Shown here: one piece after another, positions 32,239-42,795 of the stretch | Layout: every line of letters begins with the position of its first letter | How positions within the stretch are numbered: the stretch's first letter is position 1 | Assembly: GCA_965199955.1 (NCBI GenBank) | Contig: CBDATQ010000002.1 | Coordinates: 608,001 to 672,000, forward strand | Length of the DNA: 64,000 nt | Reading direction: 5' to 3' | Source: Spirochaetia bacterium | GTDB lineage: Bacteria > Spirochaetota > Spirochaetia > SZUA-6 > Bin103 | The notes under the pieces: model-generated | What the model saw: the letters and a program-made list of their open reading frames with translations, nothing else | Told to the model about the DNA's origin: nothing | Database searches by the model: none | Made by a program: the position numbers and the translations under genes

Positions 32239-32432
32239 GACGTCGAACTCATCTGTTTCGCGAAGTCTCGGGCCTGGTCGGGATGGCGCAGTCGTGGGCT
32301 ATGGGTACGAGCGATGGGCGTAGCGTCGACGTCCGGAATGACCACATAGACTTTGGTGTGCTCCGGGAGCACCGTGTCGCGTAGCCGAATCCGGCCGTCT
32401 TCGACGAATCCCTCAACCGTCAGTGTTGCCAT
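32220..32432 (-). CDS. Small hypothetical protein, antitoxin-like (AF2212/DUF104-like)
   Basis: TVEGFVEDGRIRL..LPEHTKVYVVIP pattern; GAGGTG RBS; C-terminus may be altered. Confidence 0.55.
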   Translation of the reverse strand: MATLTVEGFVEDGRIRLRDTVLPEHTKVYVVIPDVDATPIARTHSPRLRHPDQARDFAKQMSSTSCHAHW

Positions 32433-32495
32433 GTCTCACCTCTTGCGGCGCCGACTCGCCGAGGACGCTCGTGGCATCGACGTCGGCTTGCGACC

Positions 32496-32839
32496 CTAAG
32501 CCGAAGCCTCCGCGGAGCGAGCCATCCGCCCGATCGCGGTCGCCAACTCCGGTAGGTCGCGGTCCACAACGCTCCAGACCGCATCCAGGTCTATCCCGAG
32601 GGACCCGTGCACGAGCACGTTGCGAAACCCGCTATGGCTTGCCACGGAACGTCCTTCTCGGTGGACTTGATCGCCGCGCTCAGGCGCTGCGTCGACTCGG
32701 CCAGCGTTTGCAGATTCCGTACTACGGCATCCTGAACCAGACGGGAAGCATAGAATGTAGCTTGATCGCCGCCGGTATACTCACGAATTCGGTCGATACA
32801 CTCTCGAATGTGCTCCAGGAATAACCGGTCCGAGTCCAT
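32496..32839 (-). pseudogene. HEPN (DUF86/HepT) RNase toxin, frameshifted
   Basis: QDAVVRNLQTLAES, VPWQAIAGF; adding 1 nt at about 32624 restores RNVLVH..GIDLDAVW..DLPEL to TAG at 32496. Confidence 0.87.
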
Positions 32840-32847
32840 GCTCGGTT

Positions 32848-33132
32848 TCACAGCGGCTGCGCTTCCAGCAGGATCCGCTCGCGAAGGGCTGGGTGGAGAC
32901 TGTTCTCGGTGACCACGTCCACGCGCCGTTGGAGGAGTTCCTGTACGTCCATCAGCAGCGCGCCGAGGCTGAGGCCGGTCCTCTGCGGAGGCAGCGACAC
33001 GAGCAGGTCGACGTCGCCGGCTTCACCAGCATCGCCCCGCGCCATGGATCCGAACACGCGCACGTCCCGGACCCCGTGTCGCGCTGCGATCGCCAGAATC
33101 TCGCTGCGGTGCTGGTCAATCAGGGAATGCAT
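32848..33132 (-). CDS. Minimal nucleotidyltransferase (MNT) antitoxin
   Basis: VFGSMARGD..DVDLLV, LLQRRVDVVT; upstream of HEPN. Confidence 0.92.
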   Translation of the reverse strand: MHSLIDQHRSEILAIAARHGVRDVRVFGSMARGDAGEAGDVDLLVSLPPQRTGLSLGALLMDVQELLQRRVDVVTENSLHPALRERILLEAQPL

Positions 33133-33149
33133 GGTATGGCATTAAGGAT

Positions 33150-33690
33150 ACCGACGATGCTCAAGGTACCGAAGCCATTGCTGACGCCATCTTGGATTCG
33201 GCCGAGGGCCGCTTGCACGACTTCCTGGAACAGGACCCCGAGCCTGAAAGCCGATCCTATGGCTCGCATGACGGTTTCGGGCCTATGCGATTGGTCGACC
33301 TCGTTCAGGACGTAATCCCAGGTCTCGTCATCGTGTGCCCCACCTGGTCCAGCACCGCGCACGCACTACTGAACAGCGCCAGCCAAGCGTACGGATCTTC
33401 GGTGTCCCGTGCGGCCGTCAAGACCGCGCGCCGCGCTCTCCTCACCACCGAAACGGGCAGCGACTCCTCGGGTGCTCTTGCCATGACGATGCAGATCTCG
33501 CCGAAGTAGGTGCCGACGCGATCCGCTGGTGATGTCTCGGGGGCTTGCGGATACGTTCGATCGAGGCTTCCCACGCATTCTCCAGGTCCACTCGACCGTC
33601 GTCATCCGGCTGCGCGATCATCGGCAGCAGTGGGCACCGTACACGATGTCGTATTGAACGGCCGCGGCCAAGGCGGGATCCTGGAGGATT
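33150..33690 (-). pseudogene. Possible fragmented hypothetical gene
   Basis: Short overlapping minus-strand ORFs (33305..33574, 33120..33362) that read as one helical protein with frameshifts; no family recognised. Confidence 0.25.
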
Positions 33691-33698
33691 ACGGACGG

Positions 33699-34472
33699 TC
33701 AGCAGGCGAGGAGGCCGCCGTCGGGGGTGAGGGTGGAGCCGGTGAAGAAGCGGCCTTCGTCGGAGGCCAGGAAGACGACCAAGGCGCCGACGTCGCGGGG
33801 TGTGCCGGGGCCGAGGGGCGTCGTGCGGGTGTAAGTGTAGGGGCTCTGAGGGCTTGCCATCAGGTCGATGATGGGTTGCACGGTCTCCGTCTTGATGAAT
33901 CCGGGGGCGATGCAGTTGACCTGTATGCCGTGCCGCGCCAGTTCGAGCGCCATGACCTTCGTCAGCCCGATCACGCCGGCCTTGGCGGCGCAGTAGGCGG
34001 CGGCGAACTCCTCGCCGATCAGGCCCATGACCGAGGAGATGTGGATGATCCGGCCGGTGCCGCGCTCGATCATGTGGCGCGCTGCCGCCTGGCTGGCCAG
34101 AAAAACGCCCTTGAGATTCGCGTCAAGGACCTCGTCCCAGAGATCCTCGCTCATCTCCATGAAGGAGCTGAACTTGGCCATTCCCGAACGGCCGGCGTTG
34201 TTGACCAGGATGTCCAGTCCTCCGGTCCAGTCGAGCGCCGAGCGCACCAGCGCGTCGACCTGGGCGCGGTCGGTCACGTCGCTCCGCACGGCCAGCGCTT
34301 GGCCGCCGCTGTCGGCGATCGCCGCGGCCGCCTCCTGAGCCTTGTCGAGCCGCCGCTGGGCGATCACCACGCGGGCTCCTTCGTCTGCCAGGCGCTCGCT
34401 GATGCCGCGGCCGATGCCCACGCCGCCGCCGGTCACGATCGCGGTCTTGCCGTCCAGACGCTGCGCGCTCAT
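33699..34472 (-). CDS. SDR-family oxidoreductase
   Basis: TGGGVGIG, NNAG, YCAAK; ATG 34472 overlaps the upstream stop. Confidence 0.95.
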   Translation of the reverse strand: MSAQRLDGKTAIVTGGGVGIGRGISERLADEGARVVIAQRRLDKAQEAAAAIADSGGQALAVRSDVTDRAQVDALVRSALDWTGGLDILVNNAGRSGMAKFSSFMEMSEDLWDEVLDANLKGVFLASQAAARHMIERGTGRIIHISSVMGLIGEEFAAAYCAAKAGVIGLTKVMALELARHGIQVNCIAPGFIKTETVQPIIDLMASPQSPYTYTRTTPLGPGTPRDVGALVVFLASDEGRFFTGSTLTPDGGLLAC

Positions 34473-35251
34473 CTGGTCATGTAGCCGCCGTCGACGACGA
34501 TGACGGCCCCGGTCACGTAGGACGACTCGTCGGAGGCCAGCCACAGGGCGGTCTGCGCCACCTCGTCGGCCGTGCCTACGCGGCCGAGCGCGGTGCGCTC
34601 GCGCCAGAAGCGCGCCACGAACGGGTCCTCGTAAGAGCCGCGGGTCATCGGCGTGTCGATCGAGCCGGGGCAGATGGCGTTGGCGCGTACTCGCTTCGGA
34701 CCCCAGGTGCTGGCGACGCTGCGGGTGAAGGCGATGACGCCGCCCTTGCTGGCCGCGTAGGCGTCGTGGATGTCCTTGCCGGCGCGCAGGGCGGAGATCG
34801 AGGAGACGTTGATGATCGAGCCGCCTCCCGCGGAGACCAGGTGGGGGATCGCGAACTTGCAGCCCAGGTACACGCCCTTGAGGTTGACGGCGATGATGCG
34901 GTCCCAGACCTCCTCTTCCAGGTCCGGGGCCGGGCCGTCGGCGGGCAGCCAGACGCCGGCGTTGTTGTACAGGACGTGCAGCGCGCCGAACGTCCGCACC
35001 GCCGACTGCACGGCGGCCTCCACCTCTGCGGAGCGGGTGACGTCGACCACGGCGCCGAGCGCCGATCCGCCGGCGGCGCGGATACCGACCACGGTGGCGT
35101 CGACCGCCGCGGCGTCGCGGTCGCAGGCCGCCACGTGCGCCCCCTCCGCGGCGAACAGCGCCGCGGCGCTCCGCCCCATACCGCTGCCGGCGCCGGTGAT
35201 CAGCGCGATCCGGCCGGCCAGCCGGCCGCCGGCTCGGGGCGGGTCCGCCAT
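34469..35251 (-). CDS. SDR-family oxidoreductase
   Basis: TGAGSGMG, NNAG, YAASK, ICPG.IDTPM. Confidence 0.95.
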   Translation of the reverse strand: MADPPRAGGRLAGRIALITGAGSGMGRSAAALFAAEGAHVAACDRDAAAVDATVVGIRAAGGSALGAVVDVTRSAEVEAAVQSAVRTFGALHVLYNNAGVWLPADGPAPDLEEEVWDRIIAVNLKGVYLGCKFAIPHLVSAGGGSIINVSSISALRAGKDIHDAYAASKGGVIAFTRSVASTWGPKRVRANAICPGSIDTPMTRGSYEDPFVARFWRERTALGRVGTADEVAQTALWLASDESSYVTGAVIVVDGGYMTR

Positions 35252-38200
35252 CAGCCCGCGCCCTGCCGGTCCGCGGCCCGCAGGCGCGCGGTCTCCGTCT
35301 CATCGACCGCGGGCAACCCGTCCGCTCCCGTGCGGATCGCCACGCCATACTCCCGTGCCGCGACCTCGGCCGACACGAACCCTTCGCGTACGTCGGCGAG
35401 CACCAGCTCGGCGTCCCGCTCGGACGGGTCGCCGTAGCCGGCGCCGCCGGCGGAATCGATGCGGATCCGGTCGCCGTCCCGCACCGCGACGTCCGCGAAC
35501 TTGGACGGGCTGACGACGCCGAAGGCCTGCGGAAAGGACAAGAGCTCCCGCTCGGCGACGCGCCGCACCCACACGCCGCCCAGGCCGCCGGAAGCGCCGC
35601 CGAACAGGCCCAGAGCCCCCGTCTTCACGTGGTCCATCATCATGCTCACCGTGACCTCCCCGCCGGTCACCTGCAGGTCGCGACGGGTGCCGAGGCCGCC
35701 TCGCCTGCGCCCGGCGCCGCCGGAGTCGCGGTTCAGGCCGTAGGAGAGCACCCGGAACGGGAACAGGGTCTCGAAGATCTCCACCGGCGTGTTGCGGCAG
35801 TTGCCGTGGATGTGGTTCTGGGCGCTGTTGCCGTCGGTGGCCGCGCGTCCGCCCCAGCCGCTCGCCTCGAAGTGGTAGTGGGCGTAATACTCGCCGGTGC
35901 CGGGGTGGACGCCGCCGAAGAGGAAGTTGCAGGAGGTGGCGCCCTCGGAGGCCATGGTCCGCTCCGGGACGGCCGCGGCCAGCGCGCGCAGGATCACGCC
36001 GACGATGCGCGGCTGGGTCTCGGTGTTGCCGCCCACCGACGGGCCGGGGTAGCGGACGTTCACGATCGAGCCGGGCGGCGCGATGATCGTGATCGGCCGG
36101 TAGCAGCCGGCGTTGCGCGGGATGTGGGTGCCGGTGACCTGCAGCACGGCGTTGTAGGTGGCCGAGGCGGTCACGCCGAAGGTGGCGTTGATCGGGCCGC
36201 GCGCCTGCGGGTCGGAGCGGGTGAAGTCGACCAGGACGCCGCCGCCGCGCACCACGACGGTGACGCGGATGACGTACGGGTCGCCGGTGATGCCGTCGTC
36301 CTCCAGGATCTCCTCTGCCGTGTACTCGCCGTCGGGAATGGCGGCGATCTCGGCGCGCATCAGGCGCTCCGAGTAGGCGATGAGCTGGCGGGTCGCCGCC
36401 AGCACGGCGGCGGCTCCGTAGCGGGCGAACAGCTCGTGGCAGCGCCGCTCGCCCACGTTCAGGGCGCCCAGCATGGCGTGGAAGTCGCCCCAGGTGGCGC
36501 GCGGCGTGCGGTGGTTGGCCATGACGATGCGCCAGATGTCGCGGTTGTGCTCGCCGCGGCTCATGAGCTTCACGGGGGGCAGGCGCAGCCCTTCCTGGAA
36601 CACCTCGGTGGCGTTGCTCGCGAACGAGCCGACCACCATGGCGCCGATCTCGGCGACGTGGCCGATGACCGCCACGAACAGGCGGAGCTCCTCGCCGTCG
36701 AACACGGGCTTCAGCAGGAGGTGCTCGGGCAGGTGGCAGCCGGCGCGGTAGGGGTCGTTGTGGATGACCACGTCGCCGGGGGCGAAGTTCCCGGCGACGA
36801 TCTCGCGGACCGTCCAGCGGACGGTGTGCGTCATCGCGCCGAGCTGTGCGGGGCAGAACTCGCCCTGGCCGACCAGCTCCGCTTCGGCGTCGAAGACCGC
36901 ACACGAGAAGTCCTTGGACTCGCTGAAGATGGGCGAGTAGGCGGCGTGCATCATGGCGGTGCCCATCTCGCGCGTGATGTTGGCCAGGCGGTTGTCGATG
37001 ATGGCCAGGGTGACCGGATCGAGCGCCGCTGCTTCGGCGGCGGTGCCGGCAGCGCCCGCGGTGGACGCTGCTGCCTCGCCTTCCGGCAGCGCCACGCGGA
37101 AGATGCCGTTGGGCAGCACCGACAGGGCGTGGCCGGCCGGGACCAGCGTCGTCGAGTCCAGTTCCTCGACGATCAGCGGGCCCGTCAGCGTGCAGGCGGC
37201 CGGCAACGCGTCACGCCGGTAGGCGGGATGGGCGCTGGCGCCGATCCGCACCGCGTGGCGCTCGCGCGGCTCCGGCGGCGAACCCGGCGCCAGCTCGGGA
37301 AGGGCGGGTGTGGCGGTGGCGCCGAACGCGGTGACGTTGAAGTGGATGATCTCCACCACCTCGCCGGGGAAGTGGTGGCCGTAGAAGCGGCGGTGCGCCT
37401 CGCCGAAGTCGTCGAGCAGGGCCTTGAGGGCATCGTCGTCGACCGGTCCCGGAGGGACGGGCACGTCCTGCTCGTAGCTCTGGCCGGCGTAGCGCATGCT
37501 GATCGAGCGCTGCACGACCGGCTCGCCCGCGCATCCCTGCTCATGCGCCTCCGCCACCGCCTCGCGCTGCAGGCGCTTCAGGGTGGCGTCGATCTCGGCG
37601 GCATCCGCCAGGTCCGATCGATGGAAGCGTGTCGCGCGCCTGTCCACGCGGACATCGGCGGCCAGCGCCCCGAACGCGGAAGTGAGTCCCGGGTGCGGAG
37701 GTACGATCATCTCTCGCATCCCGAGAGCCGCGGCCACCGCCGCGCCGTGCAGGGGGCCGGCGCCACCGAAGGCGACCAGCGCGAAGCGGCGCGGGTCGAT
37801 GCCGCGCTCCACGGTCAGGACGCGGATGGCGTCCGCCATCTGTTCGTTCACGAGATCGACGATCGCCGTAGCGGTCTCTTCCGTGCTCATGTCCAGCGCG
37901 CCACCCAGCTCTTCCATCGCGTGACGGGCGGCGGCGGCATCGAGCCGCATCTCGCCTCCCAGAAAGGAGCCGGGATCGATCCGGCCGAGCACCAGGTTGG
38001 CGTCGGTGACGGTCACCTGCTCGCCGCCGTGGCCATAGCAGACCGGGCCCGGCGTCGCGCCGGCGCTCTGCGGCCCCACCCGTAGCATGCCGCCCGCATC
38101 GATCCACGCGATCGAGCCGCCGCCGGCGCCGACGGTGCGCAGGTCGACGCTGGGCGCCGACACCGGCAGGCTGAAGTCGACCTCGTAGCCGGTCGTGTAG

Positions 38201-39129
38201 GAGATCTGCCCGCCGAGCACCAGGGCCACGTCGGTGCTGGTGCCGCCCATGTCGAAGGTGATCAGGTCGCGGCGGCCGGCCTGCTCTCCGAAGTAGCGTC
38301 CGCCGATCACGCCGCCGGCCAGTCCGGACAGCATGGTGTGGGCCGGCAACTCCCTGGCCGCGGCCGCTGCCACCTGTCCGCCGTTGGACTTCATGATGGT
38401 GAGGGCGCCGCCGAAGCGGCGCTCGCCCAGGCCCTGCTCCAGCTCCTCGATCCAGCCCGACATGCGCGGTCTGAGATAGGCGTCCAGGATGGCGGTGCTG
38501 CCGCGCTCGTACTCGCGCCACATCGGCGCGATGGCGCAGGCGGCCGAGACCGGCAGGTCGGGGAAGCGGCGGCGGAGGAACTCGGCCAGGCGCCGCTCGT
38601 GCTCGGGGTTCGCGTAGGAAAACAGCAGGTTCACCGCCAGCGCCGCGCCACGCGCGGGCGCCCCGCCATGCTCGGCGAGCCGCTCCGCGACCAGGCCGGC
38701 GACGCGCTCCAGCTCGTCGCCGGTCAATTCCGCGAGCACCTCGCCGCCGGCCGCCACCCGCTCGCGCACGCCGATGCAGTCGCGGCGCGCGACGAACGGC
38801 ACCGGCTTCTGCCACTGCAGGTCGTACGGGTCTTTCTTGTCGATCCGCTGGATGAACGGCACGTCCTGGAAGCCGTCCGTGGTCAGGTAGAGCACGCGGG
38901 CGCCGCGCCGCTCCAGCACGGCGTTGATGCCGAGCGTGGTGCCAAGCACCAGCAGCGACAGCTCCTCGGTCGGAACGCCGGAGCGCGCGAGCGCGTCGAA
39001 CACGGCGCGGCCGGGCTGGGCCGGCTTCGAGGGCACCTTGGCGATGTGCAGCAGGCCACGGCCGTCCGTGTCGACCGCGACCAGGTCGGTGAAGGTGCCG
39101 CCGGTATCGATGCCCATGCGATACGCCAT
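35251..39129 (-). CDS. Fused hydantoinase A/hydantoinase B (5-oxoprolinase-like) ATP-dependent amidohydrolase/carboxylase
   Basis: GIDTGGTFTD, DMGGTSTD, GAGGGSIA, FGGAGPLH; then SPIFSESKDFSC, HNDPY..HLPE, QEGLRLPP, GGAGYGDP; start ATG 39129. Confidence 0.93.
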   Translation of the reverse strand: MAYRMGIDTGGTFTDLVAVDTDGRGLLHIAKVPSKPAQPGRAVFDALARSGVPTEELSLLVLGTTLGINAVLERRGARVLYLTTDGFQDVPFIQRIDKKDPYDLQWQKPVPFVARRDCIGVRERVAAGGEVLAELTGDELERVAGLVAERLAEHGGAPARGAALAVNLLFSYANPEHERRLAEFLRRRFPDLPVSAACAIAPMWREYERGSTAILDAYLRPRMSGWIEELEQGLGERRFGGALTIMKSNGGQVAAAAARELPAHTMLSGLAGGVIGGRYFGEQAGRRDLITFDMGGTSTDVALVLGGQISYTTGYEVDFSLPVSAPSVDLRTVGAGGGSIAWIDAGGMLRVGPQSAGATPGPVCYGHGGEQVTVTDANLVLGRIDPGSFLGGEMRLDAAAARHAMEELGGALDMSTEETATAIVDLVNEQMADAIRVLTVERGIDPRRFALVAFGGAGPLHGAAVAAALGMREMIVPPHPGLTSAFGALAADVRVDRRATRFHRSDLADAAEIDATLKRLQREAVAEAHEQGCAGEPVVQRSISMRYAGQSYEQDVPVPPGPVDDDALKALLDDFGEAHRRFYGHHFPGEVVEIIHFNVTAFGATATPALPELAPGSPPEPRERHAVRIGASAHPAYRRDALPAACTLTGPLIVEELDSTTLVPAGHALSVLPNGIFRVALPEGEAAASTAGAAGTAAEAAALDPVTLAIIDNRLANITREMGTAMMHAAYSPIFSESKDFSCAVFDAEAELVGQGEFCPAQLGAMTHTVRWTVREIVAGNFAPGDVVIHNDPYRAGCHLPEHLLLKPVFDGEELRLFVAVIGHVAEIGAMVVGSFASNATEVFQEGLRLPPVKLMSRGEHNRDIWRIVMANHRTPRATWGDFHAMLGALNVGERRCHELFARYGAAAVLAATRQLIAYSERLMRAEIAAIPDGEYTAEEILEDDGITGDPYVIRVTVVVRGGGVLVDFTRSDPQARGPINATFGVTASATYNAVLQVTGTHIPRNAGCYRPITIIAPPGSIVNVRYPGPSVGGNTETQPRIVGVILRALAAAVPERTMASEGATSCNFLFGGVHPGTGEYYAHYHFEASGWGGRAATDGNSAQNHIHGNCRNTPVEIFETLFPFRVLSYGLNRDSGGAGRRRGGLGTRRDLQVTGGEVTVSMMMDHVKTGALGLFGGASGGLGGVWVRRVAERELLSFPQAFGVVSPSKFADVAVRDGDRIRIDSAGGAGYGDPSERDAELVLADVREGFVSAEVAAREYGVAIRTGADGLPAVDETETARLRAADRQGAG

Positions 39130-39149
39130 CGGCCCCGCTCCTCCGGCCA

Positions 39150-39374
39150 CTACGTGCGCTCGGGAGGCGGATTCCCGATCCGCTCGTACCGCGGGACCCA
39201 GTAGGTGGCGTGGATGCGCTCGCAGGCGGGGCCGCAGAACCGCTTCACGTGCCCGCGCTCCTCCACCACCCAGACGCGGCCGGCGATCATCTGCCCGCAG
39301 AGCTCGCAGTGCACGATGTCCGTCGCGTACCACGCCGTGTCGAGCTGCCGCCAGCCGGTCACGGGGGCATCCAT
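39150..39374 (-). CDS. Small Cys4 zinc-binding protein (74 aa)
   Basis: CELC-x20-CGPAC; ends 20 nt before the hydantoinase start, with GGAGGAG RBS between; CATAAT upstream. Confidence 0.7.
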   Translation of the reverse strand: MDAPVTGWRQLDTAWYATDIVHCELCGQMIAGRVWVVEERGHVKRFCGPACERIHATYWVPRYERIGNPPPERT

Positions 39375-39419
39375 ATCGCGAGCATTATGACCACGTTTCC
39401 TCCGGATGGTAGTCTGACC

Positions 39420-39700
39420 CGTCGTGGCGCGGTGGCTGCCGGTTCTCGCCGGCCTGTCGCTGGTCGTGTCGGCGTGCTCCACAACCCGCTGATCGGCACG
39501 TGGTCGGGCAGTTGCGCCGCTCGGGACGGAGACGCCACCGCGGAGATCAGCCTCATGTTCAGGGACGACAAGGTCACCGTGTCCACGGAGGGGACGTGTC
39601 CAGCGGGACGTACCAACGGAAGGGAGACCGGCTGACGCTGGAGGTGGACTCCTGGTCCGGCTCCGCACGCTTCGAGCAGGTCCGCTCGGAGCTGACGCTA
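39420..39700 (+). pseudogene. Frameshifted lipoprotein fragment
   Basis: LAGLSLVVSAC lipobox, NPLIGTW, GTYQRKGDRLTL spread across frames. Confidence 0.4.
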
Positions 39701-39701
39701 C

Positions 39702-39932
39702 ATGGACGCGGTCGCGTTCTGCGCGTGGCTTTCGGCGGCAGAGGGACGCACCTACCGCCTGCCCGAGGTCTACGAGTGGGAGTACGCCTGCCGCGCCGGC
39801 ACCGACACCCTGTTCTGGTGGGGCGAGCGGCCGGATCCGCGCTTCATGAACTACCCGGTGTCGCGCATCGGCCATCCGACGCCGGTCGGCTTCTATCCGC
39901 CGAACCCGTGGGGGTTCCACGACCTGCACGGC
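39702..39932 (+). pseudogene. Internal fragment of a formylglycine-generating enzyme (SUMF1/FGE-sulfatase) domain
   Basis: DAVAFCAWLS..YRLP..EWEYACRAG..PNPWGFHDLHG; lacks both ends. Confidence 0.82.
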
Positions 39933-40129
39933 TACCGTGACCGCCACGGCCGCGAGCACCTCGACGCAGGGCGGCGAGCGGATCGGCCACGTCAGCGCGC
40001 TGCCGATCACGGTGCGCAAGAAGGGCTGACGGCTGGCACCCAACGGGAACGTACGGTAACATCAGGCGTTGCGGTCGAGTCGAGGGAAGCCGCAGGCCCG
40101 GGTCTCTATCGCTCCAGGAGGATGAAGAA

Positions 40130-40780
40130 GTGGCTGACAACGCGTCCCAGGCGTATCCGGCGCGGCTCTCGGTGGCGTACCCCGACGGGCCGCGGGACCG
40201 GCTCTCGGTATTGGTGCGGATCCTTCTTGCCATACCGATCCTGATCATCGGCGCCCTCGTGACCGGATCCTCCCAGTTCGGCCATGCGGACCAGGGCTGG
40301 GACTTCGGCCGCACCGAGGCGATGGTGGGCGCGATCGGGTTGTTCCTGGCCACGGCGCTGATGATCCTGTTTCGCCAGAAGTACCCGCGCTGGTGGTTCG
40401 ACTGGAACCTGGAGGTGGCGCGGTTCACCACCCGGATCAACGCCTTCCTCCTCTTGCTGAGAGACGATTATCCGTCCACCGACGAGCGGCAGGCGGTGAC
40501 GGTGGACATCGACTACCCGGATGCGAAGAACGATCTCAACCGCGTGTTGCCGCTGTTCAAGTGGTTTCTGGCCATCCCGCACTACATCGTTCTGAGCGTG
40601 CTGGGTACAGTGAGCGTCGTGGTAGTCGTGCTCGGCTGGTTCGCGGTTCTGATCACCGGGAAGCTGCCGACGTCGATATTCCAGTTCCTGGAGGGCCTCA
40701 TGCGCTGGGGGCTCCGCGTCACCGCCTACGCGTTCCTGCTGACGACTGACCGCTATCCGCCGTTCCGGCTGGGCGAGTAG
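40130..40780 (+). CDS. DUF4389-family membrane protein
   Basis: Two repeats: RILLAIP..ILFRQKYP..LLRDDYP and KWFLAIPH..LITGKLP..LTTDRYPPF. Confidence 0.88.
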   Translation: MADNASQAYPARLSVAYPDGPRDRLSVLVRILLAIPILIIGALVTGSSQFGHADQGWDFGRTEAMVGAIGLFLATALMILFRQKYPRWWFDWNLEVARFTTRINAFLLLLRDDYPSTDERQAVTVDIDYPDAKNDLNRVLPLFKWFLAIPHYIVLSVLGTVSVVVVVLGWFAVLITGKLPTSIFQFLEGLMRWGLRVTAYAFLLTTDRYPPFRLGE

Positions 40781-40834
40781 CGTCCCCGATGATCTGACCG
40801 GTCGCGGGCGCGGGATCCGATCGGCAGATCGAGG

Positions 40835-41200
40835 ATGGTCCGCTTCGCCCTCAGACGGCTGGTCCACAGCGGGGCGCTGAGCGCGTCGCTGCTGCTGGCG
40901 GCGGTCTTCTGCGTCGCCGCGGTGGCGAGTGTCCCGATCTACACGCGCGGAGTCCTGCAGAAGCTGCTGCGCGCCGATTTGGAGGGGCTGCAGCACGCCG
41001 GAGCGACGTTCCCCGGACGGCTCCACGCGGAGCTCGATTTGCGGAGCTCGATTTCTCCCGCCCCGCGCGCGGCGGCTGATCAAGGTTGAGACGCTGTCCG
41101 GCCTTGCCGAACACGTGCGGATCACCCGCGGCCGCATGTTCGGCAGTGCCGGCTCCACCGCTGCAGCGGACGGGCCGTACGAGGCGATCGCCACCGGCGT
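40835..41200 (+). pseudogene. 5' fragment of an ABC/FtsX-like permease
   Basis: N-terminal TM followed by VPIYTRGVLQKLL; frameshift; HVRITRGRMF; ends against the AIPR stop. Confidence 0.5.
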
Positions 41201-41219
41201 GCAGTGGGTCAACACCCGC

Positions 41220-42594
41220 TCACGGAAGCTCGCCGGCGTAGCCCGCCTCCTGCAACTTGCTCAGTGCCTTGACTGCCCTGGAGGACTGCCGTTCAGTCGG
41301 AGGAGTCCTGCCCGCAGGATTGGCCGCTGCACCAAGCACTCCGGTTTCGGTGGGAGTCAGCAACCGCCGCTCAGTGCCCCATGCAAGCGCGGCAGCCCAG
41401 AACGCGGGCCCAGCGTTGACGACCGCGATCTGCGACTGGACGCTGTTGAGTTGCCGCTGCTCGCGACGTGCACTGCGAGCCGCGTCGCGGCGGTCATCGA
41501 TTGTGATCAGGCCGTCGAGAAATGGCAGGGGCCACGCAATGACGAGTTCGCTGACGCGATTCCAACAGGCCTGCTTCTTCGCCCACTCCGTCACGTTGCT
41601 GATACCCGGGGCTGGAGAGATCAAGACCGCATGCACCGATTCGGCCACGACGGTCAGGGCTGGCACCATGGCCGGCGGAAGTCCCTGCCGGTGCCAGATG
41701 TTCTGGAAGTCGACCGCGCGGCCAGCCTCTCTCGCATCGTGTGCCATCTTGGCGATCGCGTAGGCGACGATGTTGGCGCGATACCCGCCCTCGTACCACG
41801 ATTGCTCCGTGACGATTCGCTCGGTCGCCTTGAAGACGACGGCCTTGCCAACGGCTCCGCGGTACCACCCCTCGTTGAAGTCGTCCGGGGCGGTCTTCCA
41901 CCGCTGGCCGATGCGGCGCGCGAAGGCCGCGAAGTTCTTCTGCGCCCCGAGACTGACCTCGTAGGGGCGTTCCTCCCAGACGTTGACGAACTTCGCGAGG
42001 TCCGTCTTCGTGAAGAGTTGCCGGCGCGGGTTCTCCAGATCGAACTTCTTGCGCTGGGCCTGCGTGAGCCCTCCGCGAGCGTCTGCGTACTGGCCTCGCG
42101 CGCGCTCGTAGAACCACTTCGACTCTCGGAACGTGCCGTCGGGTGACGGCGCGTAGATCCGCCGGGAGAACTCCTCCATGCGAACGTGGAATGGATGATT
42201 GGCGAAGAAGTCGGCCGCGCTGACCCGGTTCTGGCTGTTGGCGAACTCGGATATCTTGGGCACCAGCCTGTTCGCCCGTTCCGGATCGACCACGGAGAGC
42301 TTCATCTGGACGAAGGTCTGCGACACGTCAACCTTGCGGCGTCGCGCCGAGTGAATCGACGCCGTCGTCTGGCCGCCGTTCACGATCTGGAAGTTCTTCA
42401 GTCGCCGCAGCAGCAGTCGGCCTCCGTCGTCCTCGATGTCGACCTCCTCGGCGGTAGCCGTGATGCCGTTGTTGTAGGCGAAGAACATGTTGGGCTGGTT
42501 CTCGATGGTCGCCCTGATCCCCTTGTTGATCTTGCCGCGATGCTGCAGGAAGACGCGCACGTTCTGTTCGAGAAGTCGTGTGCCCCACTGATCG
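41220..42594 (-). pseudogene. AIPR-family protein, N-terminally truncated
   Basis: RLLEQNVRVFL, FFAYNNGIT, QIVNGGQTT, ANSQN, WFYERARGQY; upstream in-frame sequence is unrelated (antisense of vsr). Confidence 0.85.
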
Positions 42595-42795
42595 CACTCG
42601 AACGGCGAGACGGCGCCGAAGCCGCCGGGACTGCCCACTGTCCCGTCTTCAGCGGGGGCATCGCCGCAACGGGGGCGCGCGGACCAGTCGAGACCAGTTC
42701 GTCGTCGCAGGATCCCGTGGAGTCGCATCGCATCCAGGATCTCTCGTGTAGCCTGTTGTCTGCGGTGCCCCTCCGAGGGCGGTGCAGGAACGAAG

